In this document: in pieces, positions 9,453 to 19,592 of the stretch
How the letters are laid out: every line of letters begins with the position of its first letter
Position numbering within the stretch: position 1 is the first letter of the stretch
Assembly (NCBI GenBank): GCA_023261745.1
Contig: JAGDXR010000040.1
Location: 4,682 to 43,969, forward strand
Reading direction: 5' to 3'
Origin: Thermoplasmata archaeon
Lineage (GTDB): Archaea > Thermoplasmatota > Thermoplasmata > Thermoplasmatales > ARK-15
Length of the DNA: 39,288 nt
The notes under the pieces: generated by a model
What the model saw: only the letters and a program-made list of their open reading frames with translations
Database searches by the model: none
Told to the model about the DNA's origin: nothing
Position numbers and translations under genes: made by a program

Positions 9453-11255
9453 TCACCCTTCAAAAAACTGCCTTATTATTGGATGCATCTCCATGAGCTG
9501 CTCTCTTCCCATTGCTTCATAGAACTGTATCACTATACCTACGGTCAGAAGAAGACCAGTACCAGTAGCATTTCCAACCGTGCCTATAAGGCCTGCAAAT
9601 GCAGCAAGTGCTCCCACAGCTGCACCGCTGAATATTGTTATTGGTGGTATGTATTTTTCAAGTATGCTCTGAATGACCTTGGGCTCCCTCCTGAACCCAG
9701 GAATCTGCATACCGCTCTGTAGTATCTGTTTTGCTACAGATTCGGCATTCATGTTTGTAGTTTCAATCCAGAATTTTGCAAAAAGAATACTCATGCCTAT
9801 CATGAAGAATACATATGCAAGTATTTTTATTATGAACTGAAGCATCGAATGATGGAAGAAGTATAGCTGGTATGATTGAGGTTCCATTATGGGAAGCAAC
9901 CATTCCGATATGCCGTTTATGTTGTTAAGATACCATGCAAGCCCTCCTATAGGAGTATTTGGCTGTATGCCGAGCGCCTGCGCCTGAGACGGAGACGGAT
10001 AAACCCCAAACCATGAATTGTGACCGAGCAGTGGTACCCTCGCAAGTGATGGATTCGTCCAGAATATGAGAGACCACATTGTAATATTTGCCATCAGTGC
10101 ACTTGTTAAAATCACAGGTATGTTTGATGCATACATCAATTTTATTGGATACCTCCCCCTTGCACCCCTCACCCTTTCGTGTGCCAGGGGCAATTCTATT
10201 TTTGTGCTCTCAGTCCATGCAACTATAAGAAATACAAGTATTGTTCCCATCAGGGCAACGAGACCATTTGTACCGAAAAGAACCTGTTCAATCCTTCCAT
10301 TATACAGATCAGATGCGGAGTAGTGTGTCAGTAAATAATATGTTCTGGGTATTGCGCCGCTTGGAGGATTCATTACGGATATTGGTTGTGTTGGCGTTGA
10401 TGGTATCCAGTTGATGGTTCCAGTTATTATCTGCTGTGATACACCTGCAGCTATAAATAAGGATACACCTGAGCCTATGCCCCATTTACTCACAAGTTCG
10501 TCCATTATGAAGAGTATGTATGAACCAAAAAATAACTGCAGAACAATGAATGTGTCTGCCAGGAATGTCCCGTGATTGGGCCATGCATTATCAAGCATGG
10601 TTATGAATCCCGGATCAGGATTCAGATACCCGAATACCTGGGGTATTGCCTCAACAAATATCATTATTATAACAAGGAGCTTCTGTACCCCCTGATATGT
10701 GGCCTTGTCTTCTTCATCGCTGAGATCTAGGTTTATTATCTTTGCACCGACAAAGAGCTGCATTATGATTGATGCAGTGACTATCGGACCAATACCTAGA
10801 TCAACAATAGACCCCTGGGCTCCTGCCATTATGGCCCTGAAAGATGAAAAAACATCTATCATGTTAGATTTGTTAAGGCCATAAATGTATATGTTGGTCA
10901 TCACAAAATATATTACCAGAATCAGTCCTGTCCAGAATAACTTTTCCTTGAACGTAACATGCCTCTTCGGCTTAGCCACAACGGGAAGCCTTTCAGCCAG
11001 AGGCATAAGACCATATAATCTGCTCTTTTTCTCTCCCTTATAAGATAGGGCAAGATAGACCAAATAATATAGTGATCCGATCAATAATAAAAATATTACA
11101 GTTGTCGCCCAGTCGGATGATAAAGCATTGTAGAATCCGTTTAATCCCAGCACCCTGTTCTGTAAATAATCCTCATAAACGTAAATCGTGAATATAAAAA
11201 AGAGAATTATTACGGGTACCCACCTTCTGTCCCTTGGAACCTTTTCTTCAGGCAT
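9453..11255 (-). CDS. secY: Preprotein translocase SecY with N-terminal membrane extension
   Basis: KLFWTG, LGIGPIVTASIIMQL, KWGIGSGVSLFIAAG, YPIKLMYASNIPVIL, GMQIPGFR, GTGLLLTV. Confidence 0.97.
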   Translation of the reverse strand: MPEEKVPRDRRWVPVIILFFIFTIYVYEDYLQNRVLGLNGFYNALSSDWATTVIFLLLIGSLYYLVYLALSYKGEKKSRLYGLMPLAERLPVVAKPKRHVTFKEKLFWTGLILVIYFVMTNIYIYGLNKSNMIDVFSSFRAIMAGAQGSIVDLGIGPIVTASIIMQLFVGAKIINLDLSDEEDKATYQGVQKLLVIIMIFVEAIPQVFGYLNPDPGFITMLDNAWPNHGTFLADTFIVLQLFFGSYILFIMDELVSKWGIGSGVSLFIAAGVSQQIITGTINWIPSTPTQPISVMNPPSGAIPRTYYLLTHYSASDLYNGRIEQVLFGTNGLVALMGTILVFLIVAWTESTKIELPLAHERVRGARGRYPIKLMYASNIPVILTSALMANITMWSLIFWTNPSLARVPLLGHNSWFGVYPSPSQAQALGIQPNTPIGGLAWYLNNINGISEWLLPIMEPQSYQLYFFHHSMLQFIIKILAYVFFMIGMSILFAKFWIETTNMNAESVAKQILQSGMQIPGFRREPKVIQSILEKYIPPITIFSGAAVGALAAFAGLIGTVGNATGTGLLLTVGIVIQFYEAMGREQLMEMHPIIRQFFEG

Positions 11256-11676
11256 TAAGTTCTACCTCACCACCCGCTTCCTTTAGCTTCTTTATCGCCA
11301 CGCTGCTCGCCCTGTTTACTCTGATTATCATCTTGTGTTTGACTTTTCCTTTGCCTAGAAGTTTTGTTATTTCTGTGGATGTCAGATCAACATACCATGT
11401 ACCGGATTCATTCCTTGCAATTCCAATGTCTGAAAACTTCTGAAGCTGATACTGGAGATCCTCAAGATTTATTGTTTTTTCCTCATGCTTCGGATGATGC
11501 GATGTAAAACCATGTCTTCCCCAATGATATCTGTAATACTTGTTTAGCCATATCCACCTGTGCTTTCCCAAACCTGAAAATCCCTTACCACCTTTCAGGC
11601 CATAACCCCTTCTTCCCTTCATGCCATGGCCATGCCTTCTGTATCCTCTGAACTTCCTTCCTCTGCTGTATGACAT
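11248..11676 (-). CDS. rpl15: 50S ribosomal protein uL15
   Basis: RGYRRHGHG, GRHGF, KLLGKG, AIKKLKEAGG; operon position. Confidence 0.95.
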   Translation of the reverse strand: MSYSRGRKFRGYRRHGHGMKGRRGYGLKGGKGFSGLGKHRWIWLNKYYRYHWGRHGFTSHHPKHEEKTINLEDLQYQLQKFSDIGIARNESGTWYVDLTSTEITKLLGKGKVKHKMIIRVNRASSVAIKKLKEAGGEVELNA

Positions 11677-11677
11677 A

Positions 11678-12142
11678 TCACATCACCATCATTCTTCTTA
11701 TCAGTTCATTTATCTTTTCTCCCCTATATCCCAGATCACCGTTTTCCCTTACAGATCTCCTTGTGCTTTTATATCCTGATACCGGTGGATTTAATCTGAA
11801 TATGGGTTTTATGCCCGGAAGATCAGAATATGTTATCTTTCCCTCAAGAATCATGTCAGCAAGATCTTCAATTGATTTTACATTTATTTTTTTAAGATAA
11901 TCTTCATCTATTACCTTGTCCCCCATCAGTCTTCCACGCCTTTTTAACAGTTCTATCAGTGTTTCCCTGTTTATTTCACCCCATGTTATGTAATCCTTGC
12001 TTTTATGCAGCATGCCTTTCATGTCATCCGTTTCATTTATGAGAACCATGTGATTTATCCTCGTAAGCCTCATCAATTTAAGTGTTTTCTCTATATCGTA
12101 AGAAATACCTGTCCTGCCTCTAATTCTGATCACCGCGTACAT
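11678..12142 (-). CDS. rpl30: 50S ribosomal protein uL30 (archaeal long form)
   Basis: [29 protein letters not shown]. Confidence 0.95.
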   Translation of the reverse strand: MYAVIRIRGRTGISYDIEKTLKLMRLTRINHMVLINETDDMKGMLHKSKDYITWGEINRETLIELLKRRGRLMGDKVIDEDYLKKINVKSIEDLADMILEGKITYSDLPGIKPIFRLNPPVSGYKSTRRSVRENGDLGYRGEKINELIRRMMVM

Positions 12143-12794
12143 TCTCCTTTACACCTCCCTTGTATATTGCCAGATTTAAGGATATTGTGGGATTGATCTT
12201 TACTATTGCAGTCTGTTTAAGTGCCTCAAATGTTGCTATTGCAAAATTTGTTGTTGTTTTGGTATGTCCTTCAGTAAAACCCCATGCATCCTGAATACCT
12301 GCAAGGCTTAGAACATCCTTTGAGACGTCTCCTACGGCAAGGCCTACACCCCTGGGCGCAGGCTTAAGATAAACCCTTACTGAACCAGATGACCCAACTA
12401 CCTTGAATGGTAATGAATGGGGCCTGTTGCATCCACATTCCCATGAACCACATCCCCTCTTTATTTCAATCAGGTTAAGTTTTGCATTATCTACTGCCTT
12501 TTTTATTACTGGACCTACCTCTTTTCCCTTTGCCATACCTATGCCAACTATTCCATCATGATTTCCAATAACAACCGTAATTGCAAATTTTGTTCTTCTG
12601 CCTGAATCGGTCATCCTCTGAACCATCCTTATATCGAGAACCTTTTCCTCCAGATTCGGTAAAAGTATATCAACTATCTGAGGTTCCTTTATGGGAAGCC
12701 TTGATGCTATTGCTTCAGACATGCTCTTTATTTTTCCCTCTGCTACAAGCTTTCCCAGCTTAGTTTTCGGAATCCAACCTTCAACTTCTGACAT
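12120..12794 (-). CDS. rps5: 30S ribosomal protein uS5
   Basis: [36 protein letters not shown]. Confidence 0.97.
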   Translation of the reverse strand: MSEVEGWIPKTKLGKLVAEGKIKSMSEAIASRLPIKEPQIVDILLPNLEEKVLDIRMVQRMTDSGRRTKFAITVVIGNHDGIVGIGMAKGKEVGPVIKKAVDNAKLNLIEIKRGCGSWECGCNRPHSLPFKVVGSSGSVRVYLKPAPRGVGLAVGDVSKDVLSLAGIQDAWGFTEGHTKTTTNFAIATFEALKQTAIVKINPTISLNLAIYKGGVKENVRGDQN

Positions 12795-12797
12795 AAA

Positions 12798-13313
12798 TTA
12801 CTCCTCCGTTTTTATAACTTCATCTATCTTTTTCTTGACCTGATCAAAAATGGCTGGATAATCATCTCCAAGATGATTTCCTTTTATTCTCTTTTCATCC
12901 GGAAAAATGCCCTCGCCATGGTTTATCTCAACACCTGCATCTATGAGACCTTTAAGTGAAGCAAAGAGTCTGCCTCCCCTGGATGGAACATGCCTTCCTA
13001 TGTCAAGGACCATCTCGTCCACACCCTTTGATTTTGCCATCTTTCCTGCAAGATAACCCGTAAGATATGCCGCAGGAATGGATTTTGTGGACTTTGTCCA
13101 TCCATATTTCTTGAGATCGAGACTCGATGTGTATATGAATGTTTCATCTCCCTTTTCATTATAATTTATTATCTGGACTATTGTCCTCCTAAGTGTTTTC
13201 CTTACAACGGCCCTGGGTAATCCAGATTTTAACAGAGCCAGCCTCTTCCTGAAATCTGTCAGATTTCTCCTTCTTCTCCTGAATTTCACCCTGTACGTTG
13301 GACTGTCCGCCAT
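12798..13313 (-). CDS. rpl18: 50S ribosomal protein uL18
   Basis: YRVKFRRRR...TDFRKRLALLKSG, PAAYLTG, LDIG. Confidence 0.96.
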   Translation of the reverse strand: MADSPTYRVKFRRRRRNLTDFRKRLALLKSGLPRAVVRKTLRRTIVQIINYNEKGDETFIYTSSLDLKKYGWTKSTKSIPAAYLTGYLAGKMAKSKGVDEMVLDIGRHVPSRGGRLFASLKGLIDAGVEINHGEGIFPDEKRIKGNHLGDDYPAIFDQVKKKIDEVIKTEE

Positions 13314-13754
13314 TTACTTTATCACCTCTTTCATGTGCATGAGAAGGTGGGCCCTGCTCCTGAACATTCCTCCCTTGGCCAACCTGTAATATTTCCTGTA
13401 TGTCCTCTTATCAATCTTTCCCTCTTTCTTTAATTTTCTCAGTTCATTCCTTATTGCCCTGATCGTGGATATCCATCTGTCTTTTCTGGATAACCTGGCA
13501 TGTTTTGTACCTTTCCTTGTACCTGGTCCCTTGCTCCTTCCCTTCATTTTCTGTATTCTCTTCTTTCTCCATCTTGCCCTTGAATTCCCCTTGACGGGGA
13601 GTTTTTTTATCAATCCCTTCTTGATCAGCATCCGGACATCTTCCCTGGTTATTGCATCTGAAACCTCCTCTAGACCTTTTGGATCTATGTATACCCTGGA
13701 TATTCCACATTTGAGGATGTCAGCCGCCATTCTCTTCTGAAAAGATACATCCAT
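13314..13754 (-). CDS. rpl19e: 50S ribosomal protein eL19
   Basis: QKRMAADILKCG, AITREDVR, YRLAKGGMF. Confidence 0.97.
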   Translation of the reverse strand: MDVSFQKRMAADILKCGISRVYIDPKGLEEVSDAITREDVRMLIKKGLIKKLPVKGNSRARWRKKRIQKMKGRSKGPGTRKGTKHARLSRKDRWISTIRAIRNELRKLKKEGKIDKRTYRKYYRLAKGGMFRSRAHLLMHMKEVIK

Positions 13755-13757
13755 ATG

Positions 13758-14153
13758 TCATTCACCCCTGTAATTCAGTATCTTGATACCAAGGGATTTT
13801 GCCCTTTCGTATATTTCCTTCCTCTTCCTTTTGCCCACTGATCCTGCAATCCTTATTGCATCCATTTCAGGATTTATTTCCATGAGCTGCTTTACATTGT
13901 AAACAAGGATATCCCTGTATCCTGATGGATGAAGACCCCTTACCTTCTTTGGACCTCTATAACCTGAATCAACCATCGGTGGCCTGTACTTCTTCCTTTC
14001 CCTCATCTTTGAATGCTTTCCCTTTGGCCTTCTCCATGTCTCTCCAAGCTTTTTGTACCTGAACCATTCCTGCCTGAGAAACGCAGGCCTCTTCCTTGCC
14101 ATTTCAATTTTTAGTTTGAATAATCTGAGCGTTTCCCTGTCCATCTTCCTCAT
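13758..14153 (-). CDS. rpl32e: 50S ribosomal protein eL32
   Basis: FLRQEW, WRRPKGKHSKMR, RGLHPSG. Confidence 0.97.
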   Translation of the reverse strand: MRKMDRETLRLFKLKIEMARKRPAFLRQEWFRYKKLGETWRRPKGKHSKMRERKKYRPPMVDSGYRGPKKVRGLHPSGYRDILVYNVKQLMEINPEMDAIRIAGSVGKRKRKEIYERAKSLGIKILNYRGE

Positions 14154-14695
14154 TCTTCCTCACCTTTGTTTATGATGTAAATACCATCCTGAAATACCCT
14201 TGGATCATAATCCTTGATCCTTGTTGCCCTTTCAATATTTGCTGCGGTCTGACCGACCTCTTCAATATTTGGACCGTGAAGCAATATTATATCATTCTTG
14301 ACCTCAACCTTAACATTACCGTATATCAATGCTTTTCTCGGTCTTTTTTCACCGAGAAAATTTTCTATAACTATTTCCTTGCCCTTTACATTGATTTTCA
14401 TCGGAAAGTGGGCATAAACTACCTTGAGTTTGTATGTGTATTCATTTTCTACACCATTTATCATATTCCTTACATGAGCATTCCATGTACCTGCAATTGC
14501 AGCGTCCCTTTTCTTGGGCAGTTTAACATATATCCTGATAACCTTACCATCAAGTTCCATACTTACATTATCATCCATGAATACCCTGGATATTTCTCCT
14601 TTGGGCCCTTTTATCGTCAATTTACCATTATCGTATTTTGCACTTACCTTTTCGGGAATTTCGATCCTATATTCTATCTCTGGCGCTACCGGCAT
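14150..14695 (-). CDS. rpl6: 50S ribosomal protein uL6
   Basis: KGPKG, YAHFPM, NFLGEK, DPRVFQDGIY; start ATG 14695 after SD GAGGTG. Confidence 0.96.
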   Translation of the reverse strand: MPVAPEIEYRIEIPEKVSAKYDNGKLTIKGPKGEISRVFMDDNVSMELDGKVIRIYVKLPKKRDAAIAGTWNAHVRNMINGVENEYTYKLKVVYAHFPMKINVKGKEIVIENFLGEKRPRKALIYGNVKVEVKNDIILLHGPNIEEVGQTAANIERATRIKDYDPRVFQDGIYIINKGEEE

Positions 14696-14705
14696 AAATA
14701 TCACC

Positions 14706-15095
14706 TCAGTAAACAAAAGCTACAAGCTTTCCTCCAAGCCCTTTCTTCTTGGCCTCGGTATGGGTCATCAGACCTTTGTTTGTAGATATCACTATGATAC
14801 CATAATCCTGAGCAGGCAGATACCTGGATTCAAATTTTTCTATTTCATCCTTTTTAACCGAAAATCTCGGTTTTATGGCTCCACAGTTGTTTATATACGG
14901 TAGGATTTTTATCCTGTAATATCCACCCCTGTTGTTTTCAACATACTCGAATTCCTTAATGTAATTGTGATCCTGCATGATCTTCAGCACCCTTCCAATC
15001 AATTTGCTTGCTGGCCTGACTTCTACATCCATCTTTCCTATCTTTGCTGAATTCCTTATTTTGCTTAATGCATCACTCAATGGATCATTCTGCAT
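14706..15095 (-). CDS. rps8: 30S ribosomal protein uS8
   Basis: DPLSDALS, PASKLI, INNCGAIKPRF, GGKLVAFVY. Confidence 0.97.
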   Translation of the reverse strand: MQNDPLSDALSKIRNSAKIGKMDVEVRPASKLIGRVLKIMQDHNYIKEFEYVENNRGGYYRIKILPYINNCGAIKPRFSVKKDEIEKFESRYLPAQDYGIIVISTNKGLMTHTEAKKKGLGGKLVAFVY

Positions 15096-15106
15096 TCTGT
15101 ATCACC

Positions 15107-15268
15107 TCACGAATATTTTCTGAATCCCAGTTCTGGGGCTATTTCCCTGAAACATTGCCTGCATAAATGCAGACCATACCTTCTTACTATACCCCTTTTC
15201 CTCCCACAACGATCACATCCCTTTTTCCTGCCATACTCTTTCTTTGGCCCCAACTTCGGTTTTGCCAT
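15107..15268 (-). CDS. rps14: 30S ribosomal protein uS14, zinc-binding type (53 aa; not in ORF track)
   Basis: Manual translation [53 protein letters not shown]. Confidence 0.96.
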   Translation of the reverse strand: MAKPKLGPKKEYGRKKGCDRCGRKRGIVRRYGLHLCRQCFREIAPELGFRKYS

Positions 15269-15795
15269 TATTTCACCTCCAATATCTCCAGATTGAAATT
15301 TTTCCTGAAAAATTCCATTGACTCCTCTTTCGTCACCCTGTGCCTCATGGGTATCTTTGATCTCCTTATTCTCCTGTGCATAACCCTGTATCCACCTTTC
15401 CTCTTAACCCTTACAGATACATCAAATCCAAATATTCCTATTTCGGGATCATATTTTATGTTCTGAAAATTCGTGTAATCCTTAATTCCAAAGTTTAGAT
15501 TCCCAAAATCATCAAATGAATATTCGGGTATCTTGAAATTCTTGACCCACAGGGCCCTTCTCAAAAATTCCTCTGCATCCTTCTTCCTTAATGTAACCAT
15601 GCATCCTATTGACTGCCCTTTCCTGATGCTGAAATCCCTTATTGTTTTCCTTGCCTTTGTTTCTGTTGGTTTTTTACCTGTAAGAAGGTTAAGAACCTTC
15701 TTGGCCTTCTCGAGCCTTTCACCCGCTTCTCCAACACCGATGTTTATTACGACCTTCTCAATAATTATTTCACGCATTGGGTTGTTACTGTTCAC
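15268..15795 (-). CDS. rpl5: 50S ribosomal protein uL5
   Basis: [32 protein letters not shown]. Confidence 0.97.
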   Translation of the reverse strand: MNSNNPMREIIIEKVVINIGVGEAGERLEKAKKVLNLLTGKKPTETKARKTIRDFSIRKGQSIGCMVTLRKKDAEEFLRRALWVKNFKIPEYSFDDFGNLNFGIKDYTNFQNIKYDPEIGIFGFDVSVRVKRKGGYRVMHRRIRRSKIPMRHRVTKEESMEFFRKNFNLEILEVK

Positions 15796-16501
15796 TCATA
15801 TTCACCTCCGGCAATTTTATCAGAGGTTTTACTGTACCAACGGGAAATACAAAATCACTTATCGTCTCAAACCCTTCCTTGAATCTTACAATGTTGGGGG
15901 TGGATGACCTTGTCTTAAGATACTGATCAATCCTTGCAATCCTTCCTACATTCTGCCCACCGGTTATGAAAGCATATGTATTCTCCTCCAGCGGAATATG
16001 CTCGAGTATTTCCCTGTTTTCCAGATTTATTTTCAATGCATCTCCTGTTTTGTATTGCCTTTCATTCATATGAATGTTTTTTCCATCATGAAAATTGTAC
16101 TGGTACTTTTTGTCTTTTACTACCCTTATATTCTCAATCTTGAGAAGTTTCCACGTTGAATCCTCTTTTGGTATTTCCGTTAACATCATTCTGCCCTTTA
16201 TATCATACAGTATTCTGTAATACCTGTTTATCGACGGAATTGAAAGAACATCCATCAGACCAACAGGATATTTATGATCTGTCCTTACAACATTGTCCAC
16301 ATATACGATCCTTGAGTTAAGAACCTTTTTTGCTTCCCACATCGTATCTACCAGATGCAGATAATCCCTGAGGATTATGCCCAGGGGTATGGACTCATCC
16401 GCCGGATGCGGACCGGCTATCGGTTTTACCGCAAATTTATGCTCCTTTCTGGGTATCTGAACCGACTTCGTTAGATTTAACCTCTTCAGATGTTTGCTCA
16501 A
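15785..16501 (-). CDS. rps4e: 30S ribosomal protein eS4
   Basis: SKHLKRL, GPH, YPVGLMDV, HDGKNI, ITGG; start likely TTG 16501 after SD GGTGA. Confidence 0.95.
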   Translation of the reverse strand: MSKHLKRLNLTKSVQIPRKEHKFAVKPIAGPHPADESIPLGIILRDYLHLVDTMWEAKKVLNSRIVYVDNVVRTDHKYPVGLMDVLSIPSINRYYRILYDIKGRMMLTEIPKEDSTWKLLKIENIRVVKDKKYQYNFHDGKNIHMNERQYKTGDALKINLENREILEHIPLEENTYAFITGGQNVGRIARIDQYLKTRSSTPNIVRFKEGFETISDFVFPVGTVKPLIKLPEVNMSEQ

Positions 16502-16883
16502 CACTCTCACCTTCCTCTATTTTTATATTCTTCATTTTTGCAATATTTTCCAGTTTTTCCTTCCTTTTTTTGTCTGACATATCAAGCTTTACTATCTCAA
16601 CCTTTGATGGGTGTATCCAGGCAGGAATCTGCTTTTTGTCCGTCTTACTCATGAGGATGCCTTCTATGGATATCCTTAATTTCTGCATGTCCACCTTTGA
16701 AACCTTTCCTTCCATGCCTCTGTAATTTCCCCTCATTACCCTTACAACATCCCCTTTCCTTACTGCCAATGACCTTATACCATATCTCTGCATTATCTGG
16801 TAAGAAACATGCGCATTCAGCAGCCTGTGTCTTACGTGATGTGGAGCATTGTAAAGCTTTTTTCTCATCCTTGACTGACTCAT
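16437..16883 (-). CDS. rpl24: 50S ribosomal protein uL24
   Basis: RKKLYNAP, KOW motif VRKGDVVRVMRG, IHPSKV. Confidence 0.96.
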   Translation of the reverse strand: MSQSRMRKKLYNAPHHVRHRLLNAHVSYQIMQRYGIRSLAVRKGDVVRVMRGNYRGMEGKVSKVDMQKLRISIEGILMSKTDKKQIPAWIHPSKVEIVKLDMSDKKRKEKLENIAKMKNIKIEEGESVEQTSEEVKSNEVGSDTQKGA

Positions 16884-16892
16884 ACAATCACC

Positions 16893-17291
16893 TCAAACTA
16901 TTGTGGATGCAATGGCAGCTATCCTTGGCCACCTTTCAGCCGCTTCCCTTGCCACGGGCCCCTTGATCTCAGTTCCCTTTGTTTCTCCATCTTCAGTTAC
17001 AATTACAGCTGCATTGTCCTCGAATTCTACCATTGTTCCATCAGGACGCCTGAACGGCCTCCTCTGCCTTATAATAACGGCACGCATGACCTTTTTCCTT
17101 GTATCGGGTGTACCCCTTTTAACACTCACAACAACCACGTCACCTATACCGGCTGCAGGCTGTCTCCTTTTGGTGCTGTGGTAAGTTAACACGGTTATGA
17201 TTTCAACTATCTTTGCTCCTGTATTGTCTGCACATTCTATTTCTGCCCCCGTCGGCAGACCCCTTGTCTGTCTTCCCGCCAACCCCTTCAT
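16893..17291 (-). CDS. rpl14: 50S ribosomal protein uL14
   Basis: [27 protein letters not shown]. Confidence 0.98.
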   Translation of the reverse strand: MKGLAGRQTRGLPTGAEIECADNTGAKIVEIITVLTYHSTKRRQPAAGIGDVVVVSVKRGTPDTRKKVMRAVIIRQRRPFRRPDGTMVEFEDNAAVIVTEDGETKGTEIKGPVAREAAERWPRIAAIASTIV

Positions 17292-17620
17292 CTCTCTTCA
17301 CCCCCAAGATTTTCAATAACCACAAATGAAACGGTTTTTGCGAGCGGTCTGCATTCCATTATTTTAACCCTGTCACCTTCCTTGACAGATATGCAGTCGG
17401 GAACATGCGCATGATATTTTCTTCTTCTCTTCTCATACCTCTCATACTTCTTATCATAACGAAGATACTCTCTAACAACAACTACCGTTTTTATCATATT
17501 TGCTGAACTTACTGTACCCTCAATAACCTGACCGTGTACCTTCAGATCACCGTGAAATGGACATTTTGGATCATTACATTCTTTTTCGGGTTGCTTTACT
17601 TCAACTCCAATATCTTTCAT
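17288..17620 (-). CDS. rps17: 30S ribosomal protein uS17
   Basis: [27 protein letters not shown]. Confidence 0.97.
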   Translation of the reverse strand: MKDIGVEVKQPEKECNDPKCPFHGDLKVHGQVIEGTVSSANMIKTVVVVREYLRYDKKYERYEKRRRKYHAHVPDCISVKEGDRVKIMECRPLAKTVSFVVIENLGGEER

Positions 17621-17629
17621 TTTAATATT

Positions 17630-17854
17630 TCACCTCCTGTAAACCCTGTCAACCGGCCTTTTCATTATATCCTTACCGTATATGATATTTCCATTAACAA
17701 GCATATTCACGCATATTTTCGGGACATATATTCTCTTCCCGGCACTCTCTATCCTTATCATGTTCTTTGTCTCGTCTATTATCTTACCCTTCAGACCTAC
17801 AATGCTGTTCATGGTCGATTCAACTATCACACAGTCCTTACCAATCAACATCAT
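17630..17854 (-). CDS. rnp1: Ribonuclease P protein Rpp29/Pop4 (component 1), short form
   Basis: LIG...GLKGKIIDETKN, VPK, KRP.DR; position between uL29 and uS17. Confidence 0.9.
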   Translation of the reverse strand: MMLIGKDCVIVESTMNSIVGLKGKIIDETKNMIRIESAGKRIYVPKICVNMLVNGNIIYGKDIMKRPVDRVYRR

Positions 17855-18057
17855 ATCCTGACACCCTTTTCTTTTAACACCGTTTTTATCCTTGCAATCT
17901 GCCTCCTTAAGGATTTTATCTTTCCGGGATTATGTGGAGATCCACCCATGGTACTCATGGCCCTTTCATTAAGAAGCGATGACTGCAATTCCTGAAGTTT
18001 CTTCATGAGATCATTGTTGTTCATTTCCCTGAGCATTTTGGCCTTCAGTTCCTTCAT
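17851..18057 (-). CDS. rpl29: 50S ribosomal protein uL29
   Basis: LREM, NPGKIKSLRRQIARIKT; start ATG 18057 after SD GGAGGT. Confidence 0.95.
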   Translation of the reverse strand: MKELKAKMLREMNNNDLMKKLQELQSSLLNERAMSTMGGSPHNPGKIKSLRRQIARIKTVLKEKGVRI

Positions 18058-18676
18058 TTTTATTACCTCCAATTTTAATATTAGCCGGATTTCCTATTAT
18101 CTTGATCTCATCAGGTAGATTGGAATCAGGTGGAAGTATTCTGACAGTTACACCTATTATTCCTGGTTTTGTTTTGGCAACAGCAAACCCAACCTTTACA
18201 GCATGTTTCGGCTGTCCTGAATATTTTATTTTTCCTGCCGTTATCTTTTCCCTCTTTGCCCTGTCTCCCCCAAGCTTTCCACTTACAATTACCTGCGCTC
18301 CCTTGGCTCCTGCGTCCATTATTCTCTTGAGTGTGGAATGGGATGCTCTCCTGAAATGCCATCCTGATTCTAATGCTAAGGCAAGCTTTTTTGCCATTAT
18401 CTGTGCATTGAGATTTATGTTGCCGGATTCCTTTACCTCTATCTGTGGATTTTCTACCCCGTACCTAGTTATCAGTAATTCTGTCAGTTCCTTTATCTTT
18501 GATCCTTTTGATCCTATGATCAACCCTGGTTTTTCTACATAGAGAACCACCCTTAATCCCATGGGGGTTCTCTGAATATCAATACCCCCAAATCCGGCAT
18601 TTTCTGAATATTTCTTTATCTCTTCCTTTATCAGATACCTTTTAACGCTTTCCTGTACGAATTTTTTCTCATCCAT
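18011..18676 (-). CDS. rps3: 30S ribosomal protein uS3
   Basis: AGFGG, KH motif PGLIIG, GWHFRR, SGKL, LPDEI. Confidence 0.97.
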   Translation of the reverse strand: MDEKKFVQESVKRYLIKEEIKKYSENAGFGGIDIQRTPMGLRVVLYVEKPGLIIGSKGSKIKELTELLITRYGVENPQIEVKESGNINLNAQIMAKKLALALESGWHFRRASHSTLKRIMDAGAKGAQVIVSGKLGGDRAKREKITAGKIKYSGQPKHAVKVGFAVAKTKPGIIGVTVRILPPDSNLPDEIKIIGNPANIKIGGNKNEGTEGQNAQGNEQQ

Positions 18677-19122
18677 TATTCTACCTCCTTAACTATAATC
18701 TCAAAATGCACCCTTTCCTTGTAAAATGGTGTTGCTCTGCCATATGCCCTAGGCATGTGCTTTTTGATCGTTTCCCCCTTCTTAACAAGCAGTGAATATA
18801 TGATGAGCCTGTCCGTATCAAGATTCTGGTGTTCAGCATTCGCCTCAACGTTTTTCAGCAGTTCAAGCACATATTTTGATACCTTTACTGGATACCTTCC
18901 TGGACCCATTCCCGGTCTGTGGGATATTGAACCCAGATACCTTCTGTAGGGTATTGCCTTCTCTTTCCTGATAACGGCCTCAAGATATTCTTCCGCTTCC
19001 TTCAGATTCTTTCCCTGCAGGAAATTGCAAACATTGACCGAATCCTTTATTGATACGGGCACATTAATTAACCTGGCCCTCGCAGATTTTTCCGGCAATT
19101 CATTAACTGTATACTTCTTCAT
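18676..19122 (-). CDS. rpl22: 50S ribosomal protein uL22
   Basis: GRYPVK, NVEANAE, PRAYGRA. Confidence 0.96.
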   Translation of the reverse strand: MKKYTVNELPEKSARARLINVPVSIKDSVNVCNFLQGKNLKEAEEYLEAVIRKEKAIPYRRYLGSISHRPGMGPGRYPVKVSKYVLELLKNVEANAEHQNLDTDRLIIYSLLVKKGETIKKHMPRAYGRATPFYKERVHFEIIVKEVE

Positions 19123-19128
19123 ATCACA

Positions 19129-19587
19129 TCACTTCAACGGAACATATTTTGAAGATCTCGTTGCACCAACCCCCGGCGCTGAATGCCTTACTTCCCTCCT
19201 TGTCAATACAAATTCTCCAAGGAAATGTCCAATCATCTCGGGTTTTATTTCAAATTCCTGATATTCTTTCCCATTGTATAACTGAACACGCTTCCCTACA
19301 AAATAGGGCAGTATGACTATGTCCCTCACATGTGTTTTAACGATATGTATTTCAGGATCCATAAGCTTCTTGAATAACTTGAGCTGTTCACTGTTCATTT
19401 CTCTTGAAAGTGATCTCCTTGCCCTCGCATTGAATATCTTTATTAAATCTTCAAGTTTCATGTTTTTTAATTCTTCAAGTGAATATCCCCTGTACTTGAA
19501 TTCCTTTGTCCTTTCAGTTGAAAGCTTCTGGGCCCTCCTCCTTTTGTTCGTCTGCCTCCTTTTCACATTAATCTTTTCTCCAGCCAT
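19129..19587 (-). CDS. rps19: 30S ribosomal protein uS19
   Basis: FKYRG, KTHVRD, MIGHFLGEF, GVGATRSS. Confidence 0.97.
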   Translation of the reverse strand: MAGEKINVKRRQTNKRRRAQKLSTERTKEFKYRGYSLEELKNMKLEDLIKIFNARARRSLSREMNSEQLKLFKKLMDPEIHIVKTHVRDIVILPYFVGKRVQLYNGKEYQEFEIKPEMIGHFLGEFVLTRREVRHSAPGVGATRSSKYVPLK

Positions 19588-19592
19588 TCATT

